A stretch of DNA of 64,000 nucleotides. It comes from Anaeromyxobacter sp. (lineage in GTDB: Bacteria; Myxococcota; Myxococcia; Myxococcales; Anaeromyxobacteraceae). The DNA is taken from NCBI GenBank assembly GCA_049840735.1, contig JASGJN010000017.1, positions 224,001-288,000 on the forward strand, read 5' to 3'. The stretch's first letter is position 1; every line of letters starts with the position of its first letter. Positions 10,872 to 21,894 of the stretch are shown piece by piece. The notes below the pieces were generated by a model. The model was not told the DNA's origin and ran no database searches. It saw nothing but the letters and a program-made list of their open reading frames with translations. A program made the translations under genes and the position numbers.

Positions 10872-11117
10872 TCAGGGCAGCTCGGCCGGCGCGCCCTGGC
10901 CCTTCTCCAGCACCACCCGCCAGCCCTCGTCCCCGGCCAGCGGCTCCACCAGGAGCACCCGGTGGCCGTCCTCCTGGGCGCTCCGCGGCACGCTGTCCAG
11001 CGGCTCGCCCTCGCGCAACCAGACCTCCACCCGCTCGCCCGCCGCCACCCGCTCGAGCGCGAGGCGCGCCTTAACCCAGGTGAGCGGGCAGGCGAAGGCG
11101 CGCACGTCCACCGGCAT
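10872..11117 (-). CDS. TusA/SirA-family sulfur carrier
   Basis: DVRAFACPLTWVKARLAL..GERVEV; TGATG overlap with the upstream ThiF gene. Confidence 0.85.
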   Translation of the reverse strand: MPVDVRAFACPLTWVKARLALERVAAGERVEVWLREGEPLDSVPRSAQEDGHRVLLVEPLAGDEGWRVVLEKGQGAPAELP

Positions 11118-11854
11118 CACGCACCGCCTCCGCTGGCGGTGGCGCAGGCGGGGGCCGGCGCGTCCTCCAGCGGCTGGGTGCCTGCGCAGGCGGGGCAGCC
11201 GGGCCGCTTGCGCACCAGCACCAGGCGCGACTTGCCGCTGCGGGCCTCGTAGGTGAGCAGGCGACCGTCGTAGGCGCCGCGCTCGCCGGCCAGCAGCCGC
11301 AGCGCCTCGGCGCCCATCAGCGCGCCGGCGAAGCCCGCCACCGGCCCCAGGATCCCGGCCTGCGAGCAGGACGGCACGCTCCCCTCCGGCGGCGGCGCCT
11401 CGAAGAGGCAGCGCAGGCAGCCGCCCAGGCCGCCGGGGGCCACGGTCAGCACCTGCGCGGTGGTGCGGAGCACGCCGCCGTGGACCAGCGGGACGCCGGC
11501 GCGACGGGCCGCGTCGTTGGCCAGGAACTTGGTGGCGAAGCTGTCCGAGCCGTCCACCACCACGCCCACGCCGGACAGCAGCGGCAGCGCGTTGGCCGCG
11601 GAGAAGCGCTCGTCGTGGACGTCCACCTGCAGCGCCGGGAAGAGCGCGCGCAGCCGGGCCGCGGCCGCGGCCGCCTTGCGGCTGCCCAGGTCGGCCTCGC
11701 CGAACAGCGGCTGGCGGTTCAGGTTGGAGGTCTCGACCGCGTCGCACTCGACCAGCGCGACCCGCGCGACGCCGCCCTGGGCGAGCGTCAGCAGGGCCGG
11801 GCCGCCCAGGCCACCGGCTCCGATCACGAGGGCGCTCTTCTGGGAAGGGCTCAT
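11117..11854 (-). CDS. ThiF/MoeB (E1-like) adenylyltransferase lacking the N-terminal RYxRQ helix
   Basis: GAGGLG, ETSNLNRQ, GSRK, DGSD, CLRC, PSCSQAG, CPAC. Confidence 0.9.
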   Translation of the reverse strand: MSPSQKSALVIGAGGLGGPALLTLAQGGVARVALVECDAVETSNLNRQPLFGEADLGSRKAAAAAARLRALFPALQVDVHDERFSAANALPLLSGVGVVVDGSDSFATKFLANDAARRAGVPLVHGGVLRTTAQVLTVAPGGLGGCLRCLFEAPPPEGSVPSCSQAGILGPVAGFAGALMGAEALRLLAGERGAYDGRLLTYEARSGKSRLVLVRKRPGCPACAGTQPLEDAPAPACATASGGGA

Positions 11855-11911
11855 GGGCTGGCCGGTCATAGCCCGCGGCCGGGGCGCCGGCAAGCCGGGG
11901 AGCAGCCCCCG

Positions 11912-12289
11912 TCAAAACACCAGCAGCCGCCCGGCCCGCCCGGCCTTCCAGAGCGCCGGGAGGCTCTCCACGCCGTCCAGCGCGGCGGCGGCGGTGGCGG
12001 GGTCCAGCCCGGCCAGCCGGAGGGCGGTGTCGCACGCCACCACCCGGAGCCCCAGGTCCCGGCGGGCCTCCTGCAGCGTGGCGGCCAGCGGGGCCACCCG
12101 CGCCGGGCCGGCCTCCGGCGGCGCCCCCTCGTCGAAGGTCCCCGCCGCCCAGCGGCGGAGCGGGTCGAAGAAGAGCGCCACCGTGACCGGGTCGCCGAAG
12201 GCCGCGGCGGTGATCCCCACCGTCACCGCCTGGTAGCGCGCCTCCCAGCCCTGCCCCTGCAGGAAGATCACCACCGGCGCTGCGCTCAC
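11912..12289 (-). CDS. DsrE/DsrF-like protein
   Basis: ~125 aa; AAAFGDPVTVALFF and LRVVACDTAL patterns; GTGA overlap with the Hsp70 gene. Confidence 0.7.
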   Translation of the reverse strand: MSAAPVVIFLQGQGWEARYQAVTVGITAAAFGDPVTVALFFDPLRRWAAGTFDEGAPPEAGPARVAPLAATLQEARRDLGLRVVACDTALRLAGLDPATAAAALDGVESLPALWKAGRAGRLLVF

Positions 12290-14493
12290 GCCTTCCCCTT
12301 GCCGAACAGCTTGCCGAAGAGCCCGCGCTTCTGGGCCGAGGCGCCGGCGGCGGCCGGCGGCGGGAGCGCGTCGATGGGCCGGGCGCCGCGCGGGGCGGCC
12401 TGCGGGTCCGGCACCTGCAGCTTGGCGCGGATCGACTCCGGCGTGTCCAGCGTGGCGAACTGGGCGGCGGTGACCTGGCCGGTGGAGAGCTCGCGCGCGG
12501 TGACGGTGAGGATCCCCTCCGCGCCCACGGCGAACTCCACCGAGACCTTCACCTCGCCGCGCGGGCGGGCCGGCAGGTGGGACACCCGCACCGTGCCCAG
12601 GTACTCGCACTCGGAGACCCGGGGCGAGTCGCCCTGGAAGACCTGCAGCTCGAGCTCGGTCTGGCCGTCGCGGGTGGTGGCGTGCTCGTGGGCCTTCTTG
12701 GCCGGCAGCCGGGTGTTGCGCGGCAGCACCGGGGCCATCCGGCCGCCGGGCAGCCCCACCCCGATCCCCATGGCCAGCACGTCGATCAGCACCACCGAGT
12801 CGATCCGGCCGGCGCTGTCGGCCAGCAGCGCCGCCCCCAGCGCCACCGCCTCGTCGGGGTGGACGCTCTTGTTGGGCTCGCGCCCCAGCTCCTCGCGGAT
12901 GCGCTGCCACACCAGCGGCATGCGGCTCTGGCCGCCCACCAGCAGCACCTCGTCCAGCTCGGACGGCGCGATGCCCTTCTCGGCCAGCACCTCGCGGCAG
13001 GTCTCCAGCGAGCGGTCCACCAGCCGCGCGGTCAGCTCCTCCAGCTCCGCCCGCGTGACCTCCACCTCCAGCGAGACCTCCTGGCCGGAGGGCGAGCGGC
13101 ACAGGTACGGCGCGCGGGCCACGGCCCGCTCCGCGCCGGAGAGCGCCACCTTGGTCTCCTCCGCGGCGTCGCGGATCCGCTGCCACACCACGCGGTCGTC
13201 GGGCGGGGTGAAGCCGTGCGTCTCCATGAAGCGCCAGACCAGGTGGTCCACCAGCTGGGCGTCGAAGTCCACGCCGCCGAGGAAGGTGTCGCCGCCGGTC
13301 GAGACCACCTCGTAGACGTCCCCCTGGATCTCCAGCACCGAGGCGTCGAAGGTGCCGCCCCCCAGGTCGTAGACCAGGATCCGCTTCTCCAGCCCCTTGC
13401 CGTACCCGAAGGCCAGCGCCGCCGCCGTGGGCTCGTTGACGATCCGCTCCACCGTCAGCCCCGCCAGCGCGCCCGCCTCGCGCACCGCGGCGCGCTGGTG
13501 GTCGTTGTAGTAGGCCGGGACGGTGATGATGGCCCGCTCCACCGGCTCGCCCAGCGCCTGGGCGGCCATGTCGCGGATCTCGCGCAGCAGCAGCGCCGCC
13601 ACCTGCTGCAGGGAGAAGTCGCGGTTCGCGAAGCGGACGGCGGCCTCGCCGCCCGCCCCCTCCACGATCTCGTAGTGGAACCGGTCGCGGCAGGCCTGCA
13701 CGGTGGGCGAGGCGAACGGGCGGCCCACCAGCCGCTTGGAGCCGTACACGGTGTGGCGCGGGTTGACGATCATCTGCGCCTTGGCTGCCTGCCCCACCAG
13801 GAGCCGCCCCTGCGCGTCGTAGGCCACGATGGACGGGATGGTCCGGTAGCCCTGCTTCGAGGCGATCACCTCCGGGCGGCCGTCGCGCACGATGGCCGCG
13901 CAGGAGTTGGTGGTGCCCAGGTCGATGCCGATGACGCGCCCCTGCGGCTTGCGCGGGGCGGGCGGGCGCGGCGCGGCGGGCGCGGGGGCCGGCGGAGGTG
14001 CGGCGGCGGCCGGGCGCGCCGGGGGCGCGGCCGCGGGCGCCTCCGGCGGGAGGTCATCCACGTCGTCGAGCGAGATCTCCAGCTCCTCCTCCTCGCCCTC
14101 CCCGTCCTCGCCGGCGACGGGCGTGGGCGGCTCCTCGCTCTTCCCCTCCGGGCCCCGCGTGGCCGCCAGCAGATCCACCAGGGCCCGGCTCTCGCGGGAG
14201 AGGTCGGTGAACTTGACGCCCATGCCGGGCTCGCGGTGCGGCTCGCCGGGCGCGGAGGCGGTCGCGGTCCAGCGCACCACGCCCTTGCCGGTGATGACCT
14301 GGTCGCCGCTCTCGAGCGTGATGTCGAGCAGCACCTCGGTGCCCGGCGGCTGCGGGTCGAGCGTGCGGATGAACATGCCCCCCCGCGACACGTTGAGGGC
14401 GTACCGCTCGACGAAGGCATCCATCGAGCCGTAGGCGAGCCGGAGCTTCAGCTCGACGGGGGTCCGAGGTTCGCGTCGGGGTGGCTGGGGCAC
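12286..14493 (-). CDS. TIGR02266 (PilZ-like) domain fused to lidless Hsp70
   Basis: N-terminal RREPR and NVSRGGMFI; acidic/Pro linker; GIDLGTTNSC, EPTAAA, DLGGGTFD; basic tip KRGLFGKLFGK. Confidence 0.9.
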   Translation of the reverse strand: MPQPPRREPRTPVELKLRLAYGSMDAFVERYALNVSRGGMFIRTLDPQPPGTEVLLDITLESGDQVITGKGVVRWTATASAPGEPHREPGMGVKFTDLSRESRALVDLLAATRGPEGKSEEPPTPVAGEDGEGEEEELEISLDDVDDLPPEAPAAAPPARPAAAAPPPAPAPAAPRPPAPRKPQGRVIGIDLGTTNSCAAIVRDGRPEVIASKQGYRTIPSIVAYDAQGRLLVGQAAKAQMIVNPRHTVYGSKRLVGRPFASPTVQACRDRFHYEIVEGAGGEAAVRFANRDFSLQQVAALLLREIRDMAAQALGEPVERAIITVPAYYNDHQRAAVREAGALAGLTVERIVNEPTAAALAFGYGKGLEKRILVYDLGGGTFDASVLEIQGDVYEVVSTGGDTFLGGVDFDAQLVDHLVWRFMETHGFTPPDDRVVWQRIRDAAEETKVALSGAERAVARAPYLCRSPSGQEVSLEVEVTRAELEELTARLVDRSLETCREVLAEKGIAPSELDEVLLVGGQSRMPLVWQRIREELGREPNKSVHPDEAVALGAALLADSAGRIDSVVLIDVLAMGIGVGLPGGRMAPVLPRNTRLPAKKAHEHATTRDGQTELELQVFQGDSPRVSECEYLGTVRVSHLPARPRGEVKVSVEFAVGAEGILTVTARELSTGQVTAAQFATLDTPESIRAKLQVPDPQAAPRGARPIDALPPPAAAGASAQKRGLFGKLFGKGKA

Positions 14494-14636
14494 CGGGAGA
14501 TTCTACCCCCCCTGGGCCGGGTGGCCAGCCCACCGCACGCCCGGACCGCCGGCAGGCCCTGCGAGCAGGCCTTGCGCCGGCCCCCCCGCCCCCGAACCTT
14601 GCCGTGGAAGGCCCCGACGTTCCGGAGGTAACCGCC

Positions 14637-15953
14637 GTGAAGAAGACCCCGACGATCGCGCCTGCCAGGGGGCGCCTGGCCGTGCTGCTCCCCGGGCTGG
14701 GCGCGGTGGCCACCACGCTCATCGCCGGCGTCGAGGCGGTGCGGCGCGGCCTGGCCAAGCCCATCGGCTCGCTCACGCAGATGGGCACCGTGCGCCTGGG
14801 CAAGCGGACCGAGAAGCGCAGCCCGCTCATCCGCGAGCTCCTGCCGATGGCGGCGCTGGACGACGTCCGCTTCGGCGCCTGGGACCCGTTCCCGGACGAC
14901 GCCTACGCCTCGGCGCTCCACGCGCACGTGCTCGATCACGACCTGGTGGAGAGCCTGCGCACCTCGCTCTCGGCCATCCGGCCCATGCCGGCGGTCTTCT
15001 CGCCCGAGTACGTCCGGAAGCTCGACGGCCCCAACGTGAAGAAGGGCAAGAGCAAGCTGGAGCTGGGTGAGGCGGTGCGGGAGGACATCCGCCGCTTCAT
15101 GCAGCAGCACGAGTGCGAGCGGGCGGTGGTGCTCTGGTGCGCCTCCACCGAGACCTGGCTCGCGCCCTCCGCGGTCCACGGGGAGCTCGGCCGGTTCGAG
15201 AAGGCCATGGCCGCGAGCGACCCGGCCATCACGCCCTCCATGATCTACGCCTGGGCCGCGCTCAAGGAGGGCGTGCCCTTCGGCAACGGCGCTCCCAACC
15301 TCACCGTGGACATCCCGGCGCTCCAGCAGCTGGCGAAGAAGCAGGGCGTCGCCATCGCGGGCAAGGACTTCAAGACCGGCCAGACGCTGATGAAGACCGT
15401 GCTCGCCCCCATGCTCAAGGCGCGCCTGCTGGGGCTGGAGGGCTGGTTCTCCACCAACATCCTGGGCAACCGCGACGGCGAGGTGCTGGACGATCCCGGC
15501 TCGTTCAAGACCAAGGAGATCTCCAAGCTCTCCGCCCTGGAGCACATCCTGCAGCCGGAGGTCTACCCGGACCTCTACGGCCACTTCGACCACAAGGTGC
15601 AGATCGACTACTACCGGCCCCGCGGCGACAACAAGGAGGGCTGGGACAACATCGACTTCTTCGGGTGGCTCGGCTACCCGATGCAGATCAAGGTCAACTT
15701 CCTCTGCCGGGACTCGATCCTGGCCGCGCCGGTGGCGCTGGACATCGCCCTCTTCCTGGACCTGGCGCAGCGGGCCGGCCTCTCCGGCATCCAAGAGTGG
15801 CTCTCCTTCTACTTCAAGAACCCCATGGTCGCTGAGGGGCTCTACCCGGAGCACGACCTGTTCATCCAGCTCACCAAGCTGAAGAACACGCTGCGTCATC
15901 TGGCGGGCGAGGAGTTGATCACCCACCTCGGGCTGGACTACTACGAAAAATGA
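14637..15953 (+). CDS. ino1: myo-Inositol-3-phosphate synthase
   Basis: GLGAVATT, GKDFKTGQT, NILGNRDG, GDNKEGWD, CRDSILAAP; GGAGG RBS before GTG. Confidence 0.92.
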   Translation: MKKTPTIAPARGRLAVLLPGLGAVATTLIAGVEAVRRGLAKPIGSLTQMGTVRLGKRTEKRSPLIRELLPMAALDDVRFGAWDPFPDDAYASALHAHVLDHDLVESLRTSLSAIRPMPAVFSPEYVRKLDGPNVKKGKSKLELGEAVREDIRRFMQQHECERAVVLWCASTETWLAPSAVHGELGRFEKAMAASDPAITPSMIYAWAALKEGVPFGNGAPNLTVDIPALQQLAKKQGVAIAGKDFKTGQTLMKTVLAPMLKARLLGLEGWFSTNILGNRDGEVLDDPGSFKTKEISKLSALEHILQPEVYPDLYGHFDHKVQIDYYRPRGDNKEGWDNIDFFGWLGYPMQIKVNFLCRDSILAAPVALDIALFLDLAQRAGLSGIQEWLSFYFKNPMVAEGLYPEHDLFIQLTKLKNTLRHLAGEELITHLGLDYYEK

Positions 15954-16006
15954 GTTAAGCCCCGGGCTGGGGTGGCCGCCTCGGCCCTCCCATCCGAGGA
16001 GAATTC

Positions 16007-16330
16007 ATGGCCTACGTCGTCGCCGAGCCCTGCATCAAGTGCAAGTACACCGACTGTGTCGAGGTCTGCCCCGTGGACTGCTTCTACGAGGGGGCCAACT
16101 TCCTCGTGATCCATCCGGACGAGTGCATCGACTGCGGCGCCTGCGAACCGGCCTGCCCGACCAAGGCGATCTTCCCGGAGGAGAGCCTGCCCTCGAAGTG
16201 GACGGAGTACGTGGCGCTCAACTCCGACCTCTCGAAGAAGTGGCCCAACATCACGGAGAAGAAGGACCCGCTGCCCGACGCCGACGCGTTCAAGGACGTC
16301 GAGGACAAGCGGAAGGACCTCCAGGTCTGA
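16007..16330 (+). CDS. fdxA: 7Fe/8Fe ferredoxin (FdxA family)
   Basis: [18 protein letters not shown] and [12 protein letters not shown]. Confidence 0.93.
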   Translation: MAYVVAEPCIKCKYTDCVEVCPVDCFYEGANFLVIHPDECIDCGACEPACPTKAIFPEESLPSKWTEYVALNSDLSKKWPNITEKKDPLPDADAFKDVEDKRKDLQV

Positions 16331-16458
16331 GCCACCTGGGCAGGATTGCGCAGGTGTGCGGGCGGCGCCGGCCAGAATCGGCTGGCGACCGCCTGTCGGC
16401 GCCTTCGAGCCGCTTGCGCCCGGAACGGCCCTTTGCTAGAAACCGTCCGCCTCGAATC

Positions 16459-16540
16459 GCCCAGGTGGTGGAACTGGTAGACACACCATCTTGAGGGGGT
16501 GGCGCCGTAAGGCGTGCGAGTTCGAATCTCGCCCTGGGCA
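16459..16540 (+). tRNA. tRNA-Leu (anticodon GAG), CCA not encoded
   Basis: Acceptor GCCCAGG/CCTGGGC, D-loop GGAACTGGTAGAC, anticodon arm CCATC-TTGAGGG-GGTGG, long variable arm, GTTCGAATC T-loop. Confidence 0.95.
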
Positions 16541-16545
16541 CAAGG

Positions 16546-16576
16546 AAGGGACCTGCGAAAGCAGGTCCCTTTTTTG
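16546..16576 (+). terminator. Rho-independent terminator after tRNA-Leu
   Basis: GGGACCTGC-GAAA-GCAGGTCCC followed by TTTTTT. Confidence 0.9.
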
Positions 16577-16696
16577 TTGGTCCGCAGACGTCGAGGCGCT
16601 CCCCTGCCAGCAAGACGCGACGAGGGGGACCCGCGCTCGCGGATCCCCCCGTAATCGCGCCCGCTCGAGGAGCGGGCCGCCTGGCTGGTCGCCGCC

Positions 16697-17043
16697 CTAC
16701 TTGGCGGGCGCCGGCGCTTCCGGCTGGGCCGGGACCACCGGCGCGGGCTGCTGCTGCGCAGGCGCGGTGGCAGGAGCCGGCTGGACCGGCGCCGGGGCCT
16801 GCGTGTCCATCACCGACGCGTTGCGCGACGACTGATAGGCCAGGAACAGCGACGTGCACATGAACACGATGGCCGTGCCGCTGGTGACCTTGCCGAGGAA
16901 CGTCTGGGAGCCGCGGCCCCCGAAGACGGTCTGCGAGCCGCCGCCCAGCCCCGCGCCCATCCCGCCGCCCTTACCGGCCTGGAGGAGGATCACGAGGATC
17001 AGGAAGACGCAGACGATGACGTGCAGGACGGTGACGAGGGTGA

Positions 17044-17047
<4 letters not shown>
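16697..17047 (-). CDS. secG: Preprotein translocase subunit SecG
   Basis: [36 protein letters not shown] start overlaps the tpiA stop. Confidence 0.9.
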
Positions 17048-17804
<757 letters not shown>

Positions 17805-17808
17805 CGTT

Positions 17809-18999
<1,191 letters not shown>

Positions 19000-19115
19000 C
19001 GTCGTTTGACCTTTTGTGAACTACCAGGAGGGGCTTGAAATCGGGGCGAGAACCTACTTTTCGCGCCATGGGGCGTCAACGGAAACCATGGGCCAGCAGG
19101 GCCCCAAAATACGAA

Positions 19116-19145
19116 CGACGGCGCCAGCTTAGCTGGCACCGTCGC
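19116..19145 (-). terminator. Probable terminator hairpin
   Basis: CGACGGTGCCAGC-TAA-GCTGGCGCCGTCG followed by TTCGTATTTT on the minus strand. Confidence 0.6.
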
Positions 19146-19174
19146 CGTGTCGCAGTGCGCCGATGGGCGCAGGC

Positions 19175-19410
19175 CTAGAGCGCAGCCCTCCAGCCACCCG
19201 CCTCCTCGACCGGCGGCGGCATGGGCGCGGCCTCGGCCTCGCCGGTGGCCACCTCGTGCTCGCAGCGCAGATCCTGGGTGACGAGGTCGATCAGCTCGGT
19301 GGAGAGGCTGAGGATTCTGGTTGGTCGAGTAGCCGTTCCCGCGCAGCTCCTTGAAGAGCGACTTCGCGAGGATTCTTGGTTCCCTTGACGTCCAGCGTCC
19401 CTGGCATCAT
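19175..19410 (-). CDS. Small (~77 aa) hypothetical protein, broken by two apparent insertions
   Basis: Correcting GAATC->GATC (minus strand) at ~19315 and ~19373 gives MMPGTLDVKGTKILAKSLFKELRGNGYSTNQILSLSTELIDLVTQDLR...AAL*; GGAGAG RBS. Confidence 0.72.
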
Positions 19411-19468
19411 TGAGCACTCTCCCCCGGCCCGCCGCCCCGCCTCCGTGGCTGCCGATGGCCGGACCATG

Positions 19469-19484
19469 AGCAAGGGGCAAGCCA
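19469..19484 (-). promoter_or_regulatory. Sigma54-type promoter of the small gene
   Basis: TGGCTTG-CCCC-TTGCT (GG-N10-GC) on the minus strand. Confidence 0.6.
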
Positions 19485-19638
19485 ACAGCCATGGAGGAGT
19501 GACCAGGCCAAGCTTTTCATGTACTTGCTGCATGGAAGTGCCTGGATGGAGCCAGGCCCAGGTGCGTAGGGAACTACGCATCCCACATCCAGAGGACGGG
19601 CGCCCTGCGTAGCCGTCTTCGCGTCCCGGAGCTGGATC

Positions 19639-21231
19639 GTGCGTTACCGAGTCTCGAACATTCCCCTCTGGCTCGACGAGGACGACGCGCTCTTGACGCG
19701 CCGCGCCGCGGAGAAGCTGGGGCTCTCGAGCGAGCACCTGCGCGAGGTGCAGGTCGTCCGGCGGTCGCTCGACGCCCGCAAGCGCGGGCACCCGCGCTGG
19801 CTGGTGAACCTGGAGCTCTCGGTCGAGGGTGAGCTGCGCGCCCTCCCCTCCGACGTCACCGCCGTCCCGGAGCCCGAGGCTGCGCCGGGCCCGGTGCGCC
19901 GCCCGGAGCGGCCGCCCATCATCCTGGGCGCCGGGCCGGCGGGCCTCTTCTGCGCCTGGGGGCTGCTGGAGCGCGGCGTCCCCTCGATCGTGGTCGATCG
20001 CGGGCGGACGGTGAGCCCGCGCCGGCGCGACGTGGCCGAGCTGATGCGGCGCGGCGCGCTGGACCCCGAGTCCAACATGAACTTCGGCGAGGGCGGCGCC
20101 GGCGCGTACACCGACGGCAAGCTGGGCACGCGCATCCACCACCCGGCCGTGCGCAAGGTGGTGGAGCTCTTCGCCCGCTTCGGCGGTGTGGCCCGGATCC
20201 TGGCCGAGGGGAAGCCGCACGTCGGCTCCGACCTCCTCCCCGGCGCCATCTCCGCCATGCGCGAGGAGCTGGAGCGCGGGGGCTGCCGCTTCCTGTGGGA
20301 GTCGCGGGCGGTGGACCTGGACGTCGCCGGCGGGCAGGTGCGCGGGCTCACGCTGGCCAGCGGCGAGCGGCTGGCCTCGGACCGCGTGATCCTGGCCCCG
20401 GGCAACAGCGCCCGCGAGCTCTACGAGCTGTTCGCCGAGCGCGGCTGGCCCATCGAGGCGAAGCCGTTCGCGGTCGGCTACCGCGCCGAGCACCCGCAGC
20501 CGCTCATCGACCGGATCCAGTACGGGATGGAGCAGCGCCACCCCAAGCTCCCGCCGGCCGACTACAAGCTGGCCGACAACCCGAAGGTCGGCGGCGAGGC
20601 GCGCGGCGTCTTCTCCTTCTGCATGTGCCCGGGCGGCGTGGTGGTGCCCACGCCCACCGAGCCGGACATGCAGTGCACCAACGGCATGTCCAACTCGCAC
20701 CGCTCCTCGCCGCTGGCCAACGCCGGCGTGGTGGTGGCGGTCTCGCCTGCCGACTTCGCGCGCGAGGGGTTCGAGGGGCCGCTGGCCGGCCTGGCCTGGC
20801 AGCGCAAGTGGGAGCGGGCCGCCTACCAGCTGGGCGGCGGCGGCTTCCGGGCCCCGGCCCAGCGCCTCTCCGCCTACCTGGCTGGCCGCCCAGGGGCCGA
20901 GCTGCCGAAGAGCTCCTACCGGCCCGGCCTGACCCGCGCCGACCTCCGCGCGCTCTACCCGGCGCAGGTGCAGGAGGCGCTGGCGCGCGGGCTGCGCACG
21001 TTCGGCCAGCGGATGAAGGGCTACGTGACCGACGACGCCATCCTCATCGGCATCGAGTCCCGCACCAGCGCCCCCTGCCGGCTGGTGCGCGGCGACGATC
21101 TCCAGTCCCCGGGGCTGCGCGGCCTCTACCCGGCCGGCGAGGGGGCCGGCTACGCGGGCGGGATCGTCTCCTCGGCGGTGGACGGCCTCAAGGTGGCGGA
21201 GGTGATCTGCGCCGAGCTGGAGCCGGCATGA
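19639..21231 (+). CDS. NAD(P)/FAD-dependent oxidoreductase
   Basis: ILGAGPAGL, FGEGGAGAYTDGKL, FSFCMCPGG, GEGAGYAGGIVSSAVDG. Confidence 0.9.
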   Translation: MRYRVSNIPLWLDEDDALLTRRAAEKLGLSSEHLREVQVVRRSLDARKRGHPRWLVNLELSVEGELRALPSDVTAVPEPEAAPGPVRRPERPPIILGAGPAGLFCAWGLLERGVPSIVVDRGRTVSPRRRDVAELMRRGALDPESNMNFGEGGAGAYTDGKLGTRIHHPAVRKVVELFARFGGVARILAEGKPHVGSDLLPGAISAMREELERGGCRFLWESRAVDLDVAGGQVRGLTLASGERLASDRVILAPGNSARELYELFAERGWPIEAKPFAVGYRAEHPQPLIDRIQYGMEQRHPKLPPADYKLADNPKVGGEARGVFSFCMCPGGVVVPTPTEPDMQCTNGMSNSHRSSPLANAGVVVAVSPADFAREGFEGPLAGLAWQRKWERAAYQLGGGGFRAPAQRLSAYLAGRPGAELPKSSYRPGLTRADLRALYPAQVQEALARGLRTFGQRMKGYVTDDAILIGIESRTSAPCRLVRGDDLQSPGLRGLYPAGEGAGYAGGIVSSAVDGLKVAEVICAELEPA

Positions 21232-21509
21232 GGCGGCGGGTCGCCACGCGCTACGTGGTGCGGGACCGCGAGGGGCACGAGCTGATCGTCCCCACGCTGG
21301 CGACGCTCCACCACCTGTACCTGCACGGCTTCCTGTCCGACGACGACCAGGTGCGGCCGGAGCGGAGCCAGCGCTGGGAGACGGTGCGCGACTACCGGGG
21401 GCTGGACGGGGCGCGGGAGACGCGCCCGCCCAGCGCGCGCAAGGTGCTGCTCGTCCTCGGCGCGCTGGTGCTGGTGGCGTTGGCGCTGGGGCTGCTGTTC
21501 GGGCGGTGA
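21228..21509 (+). CDS. Small protein with C-terminal TM helix
   Basis: ATGA overlap with the upstream gene; TM VLLVLGALVLVALALGLLF. Confidence 0.65.
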   Translation: MRRRVATRYVVRDREGHELIVPTLATLHHLYLHGFLSDDDQVRPERSQRWETVRDYRGLDGARETRPPSARKVLLVLGALVLVALALGLLFGR

Positions 21510-21521
21510 GCCGCCCGGGGC

Positions 21522-21878
21522 CTACTGGCCGCGGCCGTAGTCGTCCTGCACGCGGACCACGTCCTCGACCTCGGGCGTGGAGACCTCGAGCACGTCGATG
21601 TCGGTGACGGCCCGCATCCGGTGCACCGTGCCGGGGCGCACGTGGAAGCTGTCGCCCGGCTTCATCGGGTGGTCGACCAGCTTGCCGTCCACCTGGAGCA
21701 CGAGCACCATCTCGCCGCTCCACAGGTGGATCGTCTCGTCCTTCTTCACGTGGTACTGCAGCGAGAGCTGGCTGCCCGCCTTCACGTGGAGGAGCTTGCC
21801 GACGTACCGGTCGGTCTGGGCCCACCACAGCTCGTGGCCCCAGGGCTTCTCCACCCGCTTCGGCTGCTGGAAGATCAT
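21522..21878 (-). CDS. Cupin domain protein (mannose-6-phosphate isomerase-like)
   Basis: KPWG, LSLQYHVKKDE, PGTVHRM, EVSTP, VRVQDDYGR. Confidence 0.88.
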   Translation of the reverse strand: MIFQQPKRVEKPWGHELWWAQTDRYVGKLLHVKAGSQLSLQYHVKKDETIHLWSGEMVLVLQVDGKLVDHPMKPGDSFHVRPGTVHRMRAVTDIDVLEVSTPEVEDVVRVQDDYGRGQ

Positions 21879-21894
21879 CGTTCCCTCATGCTGG

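Noticed and set aside
16459..16700. tRNA-anchored prophage or island
   Set aside because: No integrase and no duplicated tRNA 3' end
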